Source of the DNA: an uncultured Nitrospiraceae bacterium
GTDB lineage: Bacteria; Nitrospirota; Nitrospiria; Nitrospirales; Nitrospiraceae
NCBI GenBank assembly: GCA_963706325.1
Contig: CAVPLT010000005.1
Coordinates: forward strand, 290,454 to 354,453
Direction: 5' to 3'
Length of the DNA: 64,000 nucleotides
Part shown: in pieces, positions 33,213-43,941 of the stretch
How positions within the stretch are numbered: the stretch's first letter is position 1
How the letters are laid out: each line of letters begins with the position of its first letter
Position numbers and translations under genes: made by a program
The notes under the pieces: generated by a model
Database searches by the model: none
Told to the model about the DNA's origin: nothing
The model's input: the letters and a program-made list of their open reading frames with translations, nothing else

Positions 33213-34061
33213 TCAAAATGGATGGCGCTGCTCCTTGAGGCGTTCATATTCCCGCTGTTCGCAGCTACCCTGTTTAGATCGTATGGAATCCGGCACATCC
33301 GCAAAGCGCAAAGTGCAATATCGCTGGGCCTGGCGCCGCCGGTCGAGATCCTGCTGTTCCTCCAGCTGCTGAAGCCGGGAAGTGAGGTCGATGGCGGGAA
33401 GGTCTTGTCCTATCACTTTGTCTTGCCGAGAAGTCGGGGACAGTGCATCACTGGAGCGTGGGTGCGGGCCGCTTAAGCGCCAATGCGTCAGCACATCGTC
33501 TTGGTTGAAGACGATGGTCAAGCCGAATTGGGAATATTCCCAAACCAGTTCGCCCCTGTCCGGATGTGCCCAGATAGAACGAGGCAGTCCATATCGATTC
33601 CACACCTCGTCTCGGAGCATGCCTACACGCGGCGTGAGATTTCGGATGGCTATAATTTGCGCGCGAATTGGGGACATATCCGACTGCCTGCCGGAGGGCG
33701 CGTGTTTGGTGAGAGCTTCGAGGGGGATGCGCGGGGCTCGTAAGAGTCGCCACACCGTAACCAGTCCTGGTGCGCAGTCGGGAGGATGGGGATCTTCAAA
33801 CACCATTTGAGTATCCAGTGGAAACCCGCCGATTTCTTGGCTGCGAGTGAAGTTCTTGACCTCCTGGACGGCAGCCACATAAGCTCGTTGGCGCCCTTCT
33901 TCCATGGTCGGTGCGCAGGAAGCGCGCCCAGTGAAAAACACGTCATCGCCAAAGTGAAAGAGAGCTTGCTCAGTCCAGAACGGGCGATTCTCCGCGGCCC
34001 TTCCCATTGAAGCCGTGAGGAGACTGAGGCTAAGAAATGCGGTCACAATGCGAGGGACCAT
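33213..34061 (-). CDS. Hypothetical exported protein
   Basis: Signal peptide; 282-aa ORF. Confidence 0.7.
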   Translation of the reverse strand: MVPRIVTAFLSLSLLTASMGRAAENRPFWTEQALFHFGDDVFFTGRASCAPTMEEGRQRAYVAAVQEVKNFTRSQEIGGFPLDTQMVFEDPHPPDCAPGLVTVWRLLRAPRIPLEALTKHAPSGRQSDMSPIRAQIIAIRNLTPRVGMLRDEVWNRYGLPRSIWAHPDRGELVWEYSQFGLTIVFNQDDVLTHWRLSGPHPRSSDALSPTSRQDKVIGQDLPAIDLTSRLQQLEEQQDLDRRRQAQRYCTLRFADVPDSIRSKQGSCEQREYERLKEQRHPF

Positions 34062-34235
34062 ACGCCTGCATGATGAACGATATTGCTTGCGGTACTGTTG
34101 CAGTATAGCGCGTAGGCCGCAAAAATCGACAAAAGAAGCGATTCTTTGCTTATGTCCTCGCCGGTGAAGGTGCGGCCGTCCCGATTTAAGTGACCGCGAA
34201 AGGATCGGTGCTCGCGGATGTTGAAGGGTGAATAG

Positions 34236-34985
34236 TTAGTAGTTCGTCGAGGTATTTGAGTTTTGGATGCTGGAGGCAGGGGAAGAGGCTTGAGGCTTCG
34301 GAAGACTCACCTCGCTGGTCATGAGGCCGGACCCAGGGGGGCAAATATTCTCCGGTGCGATGCCGCCGGGGTTACGCATACCCCAGGCTGTCGCGAGCGC
34401 ATGGCAGGTGAGGAGGCTGATACCTTCTTCGATATTCCCGAATCGTTCAGTCGACTGAGCCTTCCCGCTCCATTCGATTTCACCGGTATTCACGTCGACC
34501 GCCCTGAGAGCCACGGTGGCTGAGTATACCCGCTGGCTACGCGGAAGGCCGGCGCTCCAATCTAACGCTTCCCACGACCCCACTTCGGCATTGCTAAAAA
34601 CTACAAGCCGGGCGCCTACTAATTTAGCCATTCGCAGTACGTCTGTTTCCAGATACTGGTACCCCGTGAGGCTCACCTTTTGATCGGCCGCGGCCTGAAG
34701 CACCTTGGTCTGATCCACGACGAGAATGCCCTTCTTCAATAGCCAGGTGCTGGCGCTCTGAATCGTGTCAACGCGCCCTCCCCAGACCACTGCTCGGGTA
34801 TAAGGCGATGGGAGTTTCGAATGAAAGCCGTCGGTCGTGGGCGTTTCCACAAACGCATATCCTCTGCAACCGGAAGTTGCTAGTAGGATGGTGCACAGAA
34901 CCAGCAGCGGATTCAACGTCTTCATACGCTTCTTACTGCGGCTTGTCCTGGAGTGGTCTACGGAAAACTGTTTCATCACAGGCAC
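34236..34985 (-). CDS. Lipoprotein, CsgG/LpoB-like fold suspected
   Basis: TSGC lipobox; AKLVGARLVV...LRAVDVNTGEIEWSG pattern. Confidence 0.65.
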   Translation of the reverse strand: MPVMKQFSVDHSRTSRSKKRMKTLNPLLVLCTILLATSGCRGYAFVETPTTDGFHSKLPSPYTRAVVWGGRVDTIQSASTWLLKKGILVVDQTKVLQAAADQKVSLTGYQYLETDVLRMAKLVGARLVVFSNAEVGSWEALDWSAGLPRSQRVYSATVALRAVDVNTGEIEWSGKAQSTERFGNIEEGISLLTCHALATAWGMRNPGGIAPENICPPGSGLMTSEVSLPKPQASSPASSIQNSNTSTNY

Positions 34986-35250
34986 CGTACTGGAGTAAGA
35001 AACGCGCCTATTGTTGATCAGCAGTATACATGAATAATTCTACACAGGTCTTAGGTATTCGTCGAGACGATTGCAGGCGAAGCACCGACACGGTCCCTGG
35101 ACTAGACAAGTGGCGGGCGGTGATGTCGCTCACGCCGCTTTGATCGTGAGGTATTGCGATGGATTTGTACGGTTTTCGAGAAGCCCATCAACTTCAGGAG
35201 AGCTGTCAGGGAAAACGAAATGAGGCAGTCTGGGCTGCATGCCCAAATAA

Positions 35251-35284
35251 ACGGCGGTCCTCCTTTGGCTAAAAGGACCGCCGT
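35251..35284 (-). terminator. Hairpin just after the 43-aa ORF
   Basis: acggcggtcct...aggaccgccgt, 11-bp stem followed by TT on the minus strand. Confidence 0.65.
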
Positions 35285-35288
35285 CGAC

Positions 35289-35420
35289 TCAGAGGATTTC
35301 GACCTGGGGGAAAGCGCGCTGTTCAGTCGTCTGATGGGGTCGGTCCGCCATGACCATTACCAAAATAGCGACAAACGGGACAAGCGCATAGCCGATAAGA
35401 ATTAAGGGGACCTCAAGCAT
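35289..35420 (-). CDS. 43-aa hydrophobic micro-protein (not in ORF track)
   Basis: MLEVPLILIGYALVPFVAILVMVMADRPHQTTEQRAFPQVEIL; AAAGGAG RBS and a downstream hairpin. Confidence 0.65.
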   Translation of the reverse strand: MLEVPLILIGYALVPFVAILVMVMADRPHQTTEQRAFPQVEIL

Positions 35421-35839
35421 GGCATGGACTCCTTTGGTTATAGGAGTGCCTTAATGCAAACTCAGGGCCTCCTTTACCTCATTGTCTAAGGCATTGATTC
35501 ACATGCGAACCAAGGTGGCTATCCTGGGGAATGCCTAAAATATGGCGCAAGCGAATGGAAGAAACTTGTGCAATGAGAACACTTTGCGCTGAGCCATAAG
35601 GCCTAAGGGCGGCGAGATAGACGAGGGAAGCGATGTCCTGGAATCAAAAACATTTACCAAACATATCGGGTGGAATACAGGCCATCTGGTGTCTGAGGCG
35701 CTAGGAGAAGGAAGGTAACGATGCCTGTGCAAAATATTGCCTCGGGGGATGGGTGTTTCCGATGAATGGAATTGGGCAATCCTGGCGCATTTCTAGTTTT
35801 CGAACTGTACACAGTCGGTTGGGAGTGCGGGGGCGCACT

Positions 35840-36544
35840 TCAGTTACTGCTGTTTCCTTGGTCACAATAGAGGCCAGGGCTCATTCGTCCCGCAACCCAT
35901 TTCCAGTGTAGACAAAAATCGGTGCGGTGTGGTTCGTTGAAAATATCCCGATAACACACTCTGCCGTGCATATACACCGCGGACTTTCCGCTTTTAATGG
36001 CCTCGATTTCGCTTGCTGTGAAGGGAGCCTCACGCACTATTTCAGGGCCGGAGGCTTTTCCGATGAACCATTTATTTGCCTTTGGATTCGTACTGACGGG
36101 GCTACATTCGTCATTGCTGAGTTTTTGGGTCAGGGGGTATTCCGCGACTGTAATGCGTGAAAAGGCCCCGTTGTCAAAGGCTGGGGTTCGCCCGATGTTC
36201 TGAAAACTGTCTCGAACTCGAGGCACCATGCCTTCCTCGATTGTCGTCATTCCCTTAGGCCTCACATCAATATATGCCCGCAACTGTCGCTTAGCCGCCT
36301 CTTGAGCGATATAATTTTCCCACCCAGGGTACCCTACAGCAAAGGCCGCAATAATCGCCGCGATGACTCCGACCCAGAAAATCGTAAGTTTCACTCGAAA
36401 CTGTTTGTCCTCCGAAAGTTCAGGTGAGAGACCACCTGCACCGGCTCGCATGGAGTTCCCCTCTGATTTCGGAGTGGAGGCGCCGCTAGGCTCAGTTCCC
36501 GAACCTGCGGGCTGACCAAGCATGTTTGGTTCCGGGTTATCCAT
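35840..36544 (-). CDS. Hypothetical single-TM protein
   Basis: GAGGA RBS, one TM, then QLRAYI...NIGRTPA...G.V.Y.DIF...T.FC. Confidence 0.75.
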   Translation of the reverse strand: MDNPEPNMLGQPAGSGTEPSGASTPKSEGNSMRAGAGGLSPELSEDKQFRVKLTIFWVGVIAAIIAAFAVGYPGWENYIAQEAAKRQLRAYIDVRPKGMTTIEEGMVPRVRDSFQNIGRTPAFDNGAFSRITVAEYPLTQKLSNDECSPVSTNPKANKWFIGKASGPEIVREAPFTASEIEAIKSGKSAVYMHGRVCYRDIFNEPHRTDFCLHWKWVAGRMSPGLYCDQGNSSN

Positions 36545-37068
36545 AGTCCTCTTGGTTTCTTGCCTTTACAAAGTCATGCGTTGCGAACAGCGCGTGGATT
36601 GAAAAGCGAATCCATTGGCATCACTATAATACCGGAACGTGTGTGTAGAAGCACTGGGGGTAGCCCTTAGTTAACCCCGGATCAGGAAGGCCTTTATGTC
36701 ATCGCCGCATCATGCCACTCTGGCCAAGGGGCATGCTGCCCGATCTCCCCCAAATGGGGGAAGTTCCCGCGGGACCAAATTCATGGTGGGAAGCTTTCAC
36801 AAGCATTTGAGAGTGGCCTGCGACTATATCCATGCTATCCGAAAAAGTAGCGGAAGGGCTACGACGAAACCAGAGACTCGGTTGTTGGTTGCCTCCAGTT
36901 ACGCTGTAGAAACGACTTCATGGGCGTGTCTCATGAAGCGATAGGTTGAATAAAATCGATGCCGTCGGTCATCAGAAGCCGGACCATTCCTAGGGCGCGG
37001 TTGATTTCGAGGCGCGATCGTCATGAGAGATCTGGTGGTAGGCGAGGGGCCGTCTTTTTGGATCGATT

Positions 37069-37266
37069 TTAGTTATCTGGCTCGAGAGGAGAGTAATAGC
37101 TCACCTCGTCGTATTGGCCGCACCTGCCACAATGCCCTTGCCGCTCTTTAAGTTCTCCGCCTGGTGTCCAAGAATCCAGGAGAGCATCCAAGCGTACACG
37201 ATCCTCTGGATTCTCCGCCATGGCCACTTTGATCAGGCACGCTCGGCAATAGGCTAAAAGTTCCAT
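37069..37266 (-). CDS. Small CxxC..CxxC protein
   Basis: CRAC and CGRC in 65 aa. Confidence 0.5.
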   Translation of the reverse strand: MELLAYCRACLIKVAMAENPEDRVRLDALLDSWTPGGELKERQGHCGRCGQYDEVSYYSPLEPDN

Positions 37267-37642
37267 GATTAGTAGATATTTGTTTGTATTGCCGAGGGCC
37301 GAGGGCAGGTCGGTCGGTTTGGAAAGGCATTGAAAAGACCGTTAGACATTCCAACTACGAGGCGTACGGAAATGAGAGCATAGGTCCATAACGTATCCAT
37401 CTCAAAACCCCACCTGACTCTGTAGAATAAATGCTTCGGCCGTCCGCCGGAATACTGACTACAGTACGCGTCATATTTTGCTCTACATCTGAAAGAATTT
37501 TCTAGCCCCAAAAGCGGCAATTTCCCATGTCGAGTCTCAAAGGAATTCGAATGTGGTTGTGTTGCCGACGACATCTCGTAAGGATCAAAAGCATGGCCAT
37601 TGCCTGTTCAGGACTTCCTGACTCCCATACAGACCGATCACC

Positions 37643-38541
37643 ATGGGTAATGTATTCTCGCCTCTCATCCGCTTCGGCACCTCCACCTGGACCTATGAGG
37701 GTTGGCAAGGACAGGTCTACAAGCGGCAATACAGCAAGACGGCCTTTGCCCGTGAGTGCCTGGGGGAATTCTGCCAGTATCTCTACAATGGCCGGTCGCT
37801 GTTTCGTACCGTGGCAATGATCCGACCTCTTACCGACCTTCATCCGCGAACCAGCTCACACGCTACCTGACGCAAATTCCAGAAAATTTTGAGATGTGCT
37901 TTAAGGTGTGGGAGGAGGTCACCATCCCAGCCTATACCAGGTACGCCTGATATGGAATGCGAGCCGGGAGCTCGAATCCGAACTTTCTCAACGCCGACGA
38001 GTTCAGCAAGCTGGTGCTGCAACCCTTTCGGGACGGCCCCTTTCGGCCTGCACACGGGACCGTTCCTGTTTGAGTTTCAACGCGACGGCATGGCGGCGGA
38101 AGATTTTTCTGCGCAGGACTCGACGCCTTCTTCTCCATGCTTCCGAGAGACTTTGGCTATGCCGTGGAGGTCCGCAATGCGTGCCTGCTGAGCCCAGCCT
38201 ATTATCAAGCTCTGAGCCGCCATCAGGTGGCCCACGTCTACAATCCACTGGTCCTACAGGCCGTCCTTGGCAGAACAGCGCCTGAGAGTCTTTGCGGCGC
38301 CGTTCACGGTCTTGCGACTCCTGACGCCGCTCACGATGAACTGTGAGGCGGAAAGCAGAGAGCAGAGCCTTATGACAAGATTGTGGGTGAGTTACCTGAG
38401 ATGTGCGCCCAAGCCGTGGAGTTAGTGGCAGCCGCAGTGGTACAGAAGATCCAGGCCTATGTCCTGGTCAATAACCGAGGAGAGCGAAATGCACCGTTGA
38501 CGATTCAGGCTTTGGTAGACGTGCTCCAAGCAACTCAATGA
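37643..38541 (+). pseudogene. DUF72-family protein, multiply frameshifted
   Basis: IRFGTSTWTYEGW.G.VY, FKVWEEVT, GPFLFEFQ, YAVEVRN and YVLVNNR..GNAP segments in changing frames. Confidence 0.8.
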
Positions 38542-38641
38542 GTTCTCAAGAAGGATTCGTTCTATATCTGAAAGTGACGATTTCTTCTCTCCCTCAATGA
38601 GTATGATCATGTTCAGTCCGAACTGCCTCACAGTCCATCAG

Positions 38642-38669
38642 CAGAGGCCCGCGTATAAGCGGGCCTCTG
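38642..38669. terminator. Hairpin terminator downstream of Hsp20
   Basis: cagaggcccgc-gtataa-gcgggcctctg. Confidence 0.7.
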
Positions 38670-38688
38670 TGTAGGGAGCAGCGTCCGT

Positions 38689-39144
38689 TTATGCGATCTT
38701 CACATCGATCTGCTTTGGTTTGGCCTTCTCAGATTTTGGGAGCTGAAGATGCAGCATGCCATCTGCATACTCGGCCCGCACGTTGGCCTCGTCGACTGAA
38801 TCGGGAAGCGTGAAACTCCTGACAAAACGACCATAGGAGCGTTCAACCCGATGATGCTTTCGCGCACTATCAGCCCGGTCTTGCCTTCGCTCACCCTGAA
38901 TTGTGAGGACACCGTTCTCCATTGTAACCTTCACGGCCTCCTTCCGCACGCCGGGAAGTTCGGTGTGAATCGCATACTCCGCTTCCGTTTCACTGATGTC
39001 CACGGTCGGGACCCAATCGGCTACGGTCATCACTTCTTTCCCGTTGCCGCTCAGGGTACCGCCCTCTGGCCGAGACATGACCCGGTTGAGTCGGTCGGCC
39101 ATTGCTTCTAATTCGCGTAAGGGGTCCCATCTGACAACTGCCAT
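38689..39144 (-). CDS. Hsp20/alpha-crystallin small heat-shock protein
   Basis: WVPTVDISE, ELPGV, GVLTIQGER, ERSYGRFVRSFTLP and GML.L.LPK motifs; AGGAGG RBS. Confidence 0.96.
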   Translation of the reverse strand: MAVVRWDPLRELEAMADRLNRVMSRPEGGTLSGNGKEVMTVADWVPTVDISETEAEYAIHTELPGVRKEAVKVTMENGVLTIQGERRQDRADSARKHHRVERSYGRFVRSFTLPDSVDEANVRAEYADGMLHLQLPKSEKAKPKQIDVKIA

Positions 39145-39333
39145 GGTGCACCTCCTGTGAATGTATGAAATAACGATGTTTGTCTGCTCACACAGGGCAG
39201 ATAATTTTGAGGTCGAAAAAAAGTCAAGACACGAGATGAAAAAGCTGGATCTGAGCGCCCGGTCATGCCAGTTGTACGAATGTTGGAAGGGCGGAACACC
39301 CTGGATGAGTAATGTGAGACTCGAGGCCGTACT

Positions 39334-39372
39334 GGGCCGGCTCGTGAAGTTTGATGTGGGCTACTCGATGCC
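39334..39372 (+). pseudogene. Excisionase (Xis) fragment
   Basis: Encodes GRLVKFDV; nucleotide match to the xis genes at 43265 and 56989. Confidence 0.7.
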
Positions 39373-39420
39373 GGACCATGCGATATCGCCACGCCGGTGG
39401 CATGAAAGCAATGGTGACCC

Positions 39421-39549
39421 TTACTGCAGGAGATAGATCGTGAGAAGGCTTACAGCCAGGACGAAACTGATTATGGCAAACAGACGGTATCGGCGGTCGA
39501 TAATGGCGCTCTGATTGAAGACATTGTCGTATAGCGGGCGTTCTTGCAT
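39421..39549 (-). CDS. 42-aa C-terminally anchored membrane micro-protein, copy 1
   Basis: MQERPLYDNVFNQSAIIDRRYRLFAIISFVLAVSLLTIYLLQ; AAAGGAGG RBS; homologous to 43390 and 57142. Confidence 0.85.
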   Translation of the reverse strand: MQERPLYDNVFNQSAIIDRRYRLFAIISFVLAVSLLTIYLLQ

Positions 39550-39571
39550 GAGCGTTGGGCCTCCTTTGACC

Positions 39572-39599
39572 ATTGTACGTGAGTGCCTTAAGGTTGCAA
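39572..39599 (-). promoter_or_regulatory. Sigma-70 promoter of micro-protein copy 1
   Basis: TTGCAA-16-TACAAT, 22 nt before ATG. Confidence 0.7.
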
Positions 39600-39817
39600 C
39601 GAGTAAGCGGTTTCTTCTCACAGCGGGTACGGGTGCCGGGATGCCACAGAGAAGAAGACGTTCAATAGAAGCTTGCCAAACGGAAGAGTCGTTACAGTTT
39701 TCGCATCGCTCAAACGCCCAGTTTCCGATGCAAGGACAGAGCAAAGGCATGAGTCTCTGGAGGCGATGTTATCCCGTCTTCAAACCTTGGCACTGAATTT
39801 CTTGTTACACTTCTTGA

Positions 39818-40447
39818 GTGAAGCAGGAAATTCTCAAAAAGTTTTGCACTTTAATGATGGCCTGGACATTGTGTGGGGCTTGCCTGACCGGCTGCATCAC
39901 CGATGCTCAAACGGTTCTTTCTCCTGAAGACGAGGGCCACAACGTTCTCCTTGTCGCACGGGTGGTGACTGTTATAACGGGTGAAAGGGCCCGGAGGTTC
40001 GAGCCGACCGTTCGAGAAGTGGAGCTTGCCGAACACGATGCAGGGACGCGATACCGTATCAGCGTTGGAGGCAACGATACGTTGGTTGCTGTATTTTTAC
40101 CTCCCGGTCGTTATGACATGACGCGGGTTGAAATTAATGAAGGGCCTTTTCTGTCGATCGCCCAACCGGCCATATCTCTTTCATTGGACGAAGGCCCAGT
40201 GATATTTGGCGGAACATGGCGCTTCGGAGTGGATTCGCCGCGCTACGGGCGGATGGTGTTGATGTCCATGCAGATGGACGAGGAGTCGCGGTCGCTCTTC
40301 GAGCGGAAAATTCGAGTGGATTACCCTACATTAACGTCCTCACCCATCACGCCCGTCCTGCCCCTTCCCACAGAATTCCAGACTCGGCTCTATGAGGTTG
40401 CGCCCTATCCACGTGTTTCACGATACTTCCGGCGCCATTACTGGTAG
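39818..40447 (+). CDS. Lipoprotein of unknown function
   Basis: LTGC lipobox; LPPGRY beta-rich motif. Confidence 0.75.
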   Translation: MKQEILKKFCTLMMAWTLCGACLTGCITDAQTVLSPEDEGHNVLLVARVVTVITGERARRFEPTVREVELAEHDAGTRYRISVGGNDTLVAVFLPPGRYDMTRVEINEGPFLSIAQPAISLSLDEGPVIFGGTWRFGVDSPRYGRMVLMSMQMDEESRSLFERKIRVDYPTLTSSPITPVLPLPTEFQTRLYEVAPYPRVSRYFRRHYW

Positions 40448-40951
40448 AGATCCAGCCATGCCACATGTTTCTTGGAGTAATTTGCGTTCGGGCTCCAACA
40501 AATGCTCTAGACATTGAGGTCTGCGCCAATGCTGTGAAACTTCCTTGCGAATACATGGATTGCGTGATTTCTCTAGGCGGGTCGATCGTAGTTCATGAGT
40601 ACTGGTCTTGCTGCATCATCGCCATGACCCCTAGCGTTCGTCGCGCCTTCTGGTATCGCTCTCGGAACATCAGCTGTGAAGCTCGCCAAGGGGCAACGCA
40701 TGATATGTTTCCTCTGCTGACTGGGAAATTTGCGGGTCAGACGGCGGCTATTGGATAATTGTGTGGAGAGTGATATTCCCAAGAGCGTCTCTGTCACCGC
40801 TGTACCGACGCGATGCCGTACACGGAGACAATCAGAGTGTGAAGTAGCTTAGTCGAGTGATGACATGAAGTCATAATCATTTCAAATCGACAGGGTTTTT
40901 CCAACGGTAGCTTAAAGCCGTCAGCTCTTTTGACAAGCCGCGGAGGTATCA

Positions 40952-41782
40952 GTGGACATTCGAGGGTTGAAGTTGAGAAGGCTGATCGCCATCATAGGTG
41001 GACTGGCGGTCATCGTCGGGATCTGGAAACCAGCGCAGGCTGAGACTCTGACAATTGGTGCGCCACCCAGCTTAAGACCAGCGTTGAGTGACATCTTGCC
41101 GATGTTTGAACGGGAATATGACGCGACGGTCAACGTCGTGTACACGCCATCGAAAACGCTTCTTCAGCAGATTGAAAAGGGAACCCCGATCGATGTGTTT
41201 CTGTCGGCGGGGGTTGAGGAAGTCGAGTATCTAGACAAGAAAGGACTGACTCTCAACGGACACCCTCGGATCTATGCTCAGACCTCTCTTGTCCTCGTGA
41301 TGTCGTCAATCTCCTCATCCCTTTCGGTTTCCTTTCAGGATGCGTTGTTGAACCGAGCCATACGCATCGCTCTCGGTGATCCCCAGACGTCCTCGTTGGG
41401 AGAAGTCACCGCCCGATCGCTGGCAAAGATCTATCCTGGCTACAAAAGCTCTTCCCATATTATCTACGCGCCACATAGTGAGGACATTATGGATCTGATA
41501 GTCAACGGCAAGGCCGATGTGGGTCTGATCTATCGCGTAGATTCGATCTCCAATGGCAAGGTACGCATCAGCGATGAAAACCCAATCGGGACGTATATAC
41601 CTATCCAGTTCGGACAAGCCGTGGTGTGGACCTGTCGAGAGGCCGTGCGTTCTGCCGCAGAACAATTTTCTGATTTCCTCATGACGCCTCGCATACAAAA
41701 ACTTTTGGCTAAATACGGATTTGACTCCATCCCATTGCCTATGGGTCTCATTCCGATTGAAAGGAAAGAGAGGGTATCATGA
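40952..41782 (+). CDS. modA: Molybdate ABC substrate-binding protein, ModA-like (divergent)
   Basis: SL..AL.DI, QIEKG.PIDVFLSA, IALGDP, GKADVGLIY..D and IQKLLAKYGF motifs. Confidence 0.8.
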   Translation: MDIRGLKLRRLIAIIGGLAVIVGIWKPAQAETLTIGAPPSLRPALSDILPMFEREYDATVNVVYTPSKTLLQQIEKGTPIDVFLSAGVEEVEYLDKKGLTLNGHPRIYAQTSLVLVMSSISSSLSVSFQDALLNRAIRIALGDPQTSSLGEVTARSLAKIYPGYKSSSHIIYAPHSEDIMDLIVNGKADVGLIYRVDSISNGKVRISDENPIGTYIPIQFGQAVVWTCREAVRSAAEQFSDFLMTPRIQKLLAKYGFDSIPLPMGLIPIERKERVS

Positions 41783-42372
41783 TCAGGAAATCCTTCATCT
41801 GGGTCGCCTTCCTCGTGACGATCGCGGCGCTGGGGGCCCCGAGCATTTTCGCCATCGACAAGAATCCCGGCACTCTGGAGGGTATTCCACCCAGAACCGT
41901 TGCCGATTATTTACGCGCAGTCATCATGGCCCACCGTCATTTTTATACCATCCAGATCGTAAACCGGCTCGGACAAGAGCGCATTGTCGATGCGTCGGAA
42001 AATTGGCAGGCCACGCATTCATTGCCCTTACCCGTGCAACTCCTGCAGGAAACAAGCGAGATTGCTGAATTGACCGGCCCAAATGTCCGCTTCCATCTGA
42101 TTAGTCAGTGGCCGATCAATAAGGCCAATGCGCCAGCTAATGAATTCGAACGGATGGCTCTTAAAAAAATTGAACAGCATCCAAATCGACCGTATTCCAG
42201 TACGATCGAGGGGGGCGGGCGACAGTTATTCGGAACCGTCTATGCTGACTTGGCGGTTACAACAGCATGCGTTCAATGCCACAATGCACATCCCAATAGC
42301 CCGAAATCGGATTTCAAACTCGGTGACGTCATGGGAGGACTAGTGATCAGTTTTCCATTGAGCCATCCGTGA
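41779..42372 (+). CDS. DUF3365/Tll0287-like exported c-type heme protein
   Basis: LISQWPINKANAP, ACVQCHN and DFKLGDVMGGLVISFP motifs. Confidence 0.85.
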   Translation: MIRKSFIWVAFLVTIAALGAPSIFAIDKNPGTLEGIPPRTVADYLRAVIMAHRHFYTIQIVNRLGQERIVDASENWQATHSLPLPVQLLQETSEIAELTGPNVRFHLISQWPINKANAPANEFERMALKKIEQHPNRPYSSTIEGGGRQLFGTVYADLAVTTACVQCHNAHPNSPKSDFKLGDVMGGLVISFPLSHP

Positions 42373-43144
42373 GATGGCCAGGCTTACGGACTAACCGATG
42401 AACGACGGGTTTCTGATAAAAACCCAGCCTCGGCCAGACGAACGCACTGAACACCGAGAGCCTGCGTCTGCACGATTATCTGATTCTTCGATGAATTCCG
42501 AAATCGGCAGCCCGATGGATTTCATGTAAGCCGATCATGTTTGCGAGGTAGGTCTCGAAGAAAGTACAAGGCCTCCGGGCATCTGTTCTCGCAGCGTCAC
42601 CCGATCCGCCATGTGCCTCATGGAACCACGGACGATCATTCGCACTAACCAGAAAACCCTCACACCTCTCCGGACGACCCGCATGAGACAAGCGTCAGCG
42701 GGAGCTCCACAGCCTTGCAGCCGGCGATTCCATCCATAGAACGGTACTGCATGTATCATTGTGCCCGGGCACTCTCGTGACCTTCGCTGCCACAACGGTA
42801 TGCTGAATGGTAAAATTCCCTCACTTACATGGGACGGAGTAAATGTCACAGGTCGACCCCTGCGTCAGCTCCTGTACGTTCCGCGCATAACCCTCGCGCT
42901 GCTCCCATCGCCTGCTTATGAAGTTCGGTTACATTCCACCCTGCGCGCTTCATGGGGGGGCCTTTGTGCTGTGGGTGGGTGTGCGCCCTATCTGTTCCTA
43001 TCTTCATATCGGCCCGAGTACCTTCTATTGTGGGCGCGTCCGTATGACTTGCCTGCGACGAGACCCCCGATGGCCCCTGGATGATTCGTGCGGCCGTGAT
43101 GGATAACTGGATGCGTGACCGATTAGCTGGGGAGGCTGCAGGCA

Positions 43145-43393
43145 GTGTCGAAAGTGAGGCCTCACACCAGTGAGACGACTGGCCTCATGCGGCTCATCGA
43201 TTGCCTCTCAGCCCATACGATACACGCCATAGTGAGTCAGCGGCGGATTCCCCATGTGAAGGTCGGACGGCTCGTGAAGTTCGATGTGGCCCTGCTCGAT
43301 GCATGGATCAAGCAGAATACGGTGACGCCAATGGTGCAGCGACGGTCCTGTAGACTGGAGGGAAAGGCGGGTGCATCCAGGGCCGCGCCCTAG
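43145..43393 (+). pseudogene. Degenerate excisionase (HTH_17)
   Basis: LSAHTIHAIVSQRRIPHVKVGRLVKFDVALLDAWIKQNTV, close to 56866; N-terminal helix lost. Confidence 0.8.
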
Positions 43394-43518
43394 TGTAATT
43401 CATACATGAATACGACGCCCAGGGAGAAAATAAAGCATATCACCATGAGCAGTTGGTGCAACCGCTCATTTGTTTCAGATGCGTCGAACATATCAGAGAT
43501 TTGACTGCCTTCATTCAT
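43390..43518 (-). CDS. 42-aa membrane micro-protein, copy 2 (not in ORF track)
   Basis: MNEGSQISDMFDASETNERLHQLLMVICFIFSLGVVFMYELH; GAGGAGG RBS. Confidence 0.8.
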   Translation of the reverse strand: MNEGSQISDMFDASETNERLHQLLMVICFIFSLGVVFMYELH

Positions 43519-43539
43519 CTAAGTGTGCCTCCTCTCGGC

Positions 43540-43567
43540 ATTGTATCGAACCATTTTCGCTTGGCAA
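43540..43567 (-). promoter_or_regulatory. Sigma-70 promoter of micro-protein copy 2
   Basis: TTGCCA-16-TACAAT, 21 nt before ATG. Confidence 0.7.
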
Positions 43568-43594
43568 GCAGGATCAATCTTTGGTGCGACCACT

Positions 43595-43665
43595 GCCGTG
43601 GGGAAGTGGAGGTGCGACTCTCGACGGTGCTCAAGCTGTGCAGGGTCCTAAATATTTCGCCATGG
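43595..43665 (+). pseudogene. XRE HTH C-terminal remnant
   Basis: GEVEVRLSTVLKLCRVLNIS vs GKLDPRLSTVLRLCRALGIT in 57379..57591. Confidence 0.65.
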
Positions 43666-43699
43666 CCGGCCATACCATAATGAAGGCCCCTTGCGGACC

Positions 43700-43900
43700 T
43701 CTCCGGCACTCGAGTATAGCCTTGGTGAAACGCCATGCGCATCTGAGCCCATCCCATCTGCACGCTGCAGTAGAAAGATAGCCTCCTTCGGCAGAAGTAT
43801 CGACGCAACGAGAAGCAGTCACCCCAGAGGAATAGGATCAGCCTCCTTTTCAAATGGAACCGTTTCAAATGGAACCGTGACAGAAACCGGAACGGTTGAA
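43700..43900 (+). pseudogene. Tyrosine integrase C-terminal remnant
   Basis: LRHSSIALVKRHAHLSPSHLHAAVE (decayed LGH...RYAH box), followed by AACCG direct repeats and the att site. Confidence 0.65.
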
Positions 43901-43941
43901 CAGCCTAAGGAGAGGAAAGTCATCGAAGCGACTGAAAGTAT

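Noticed and set aside
35040..35062. ggtcttaggtattcg as the far att of the decayed elements
   Set aside because: Too weak a match to the core, with no T-arm or CCA remnant.
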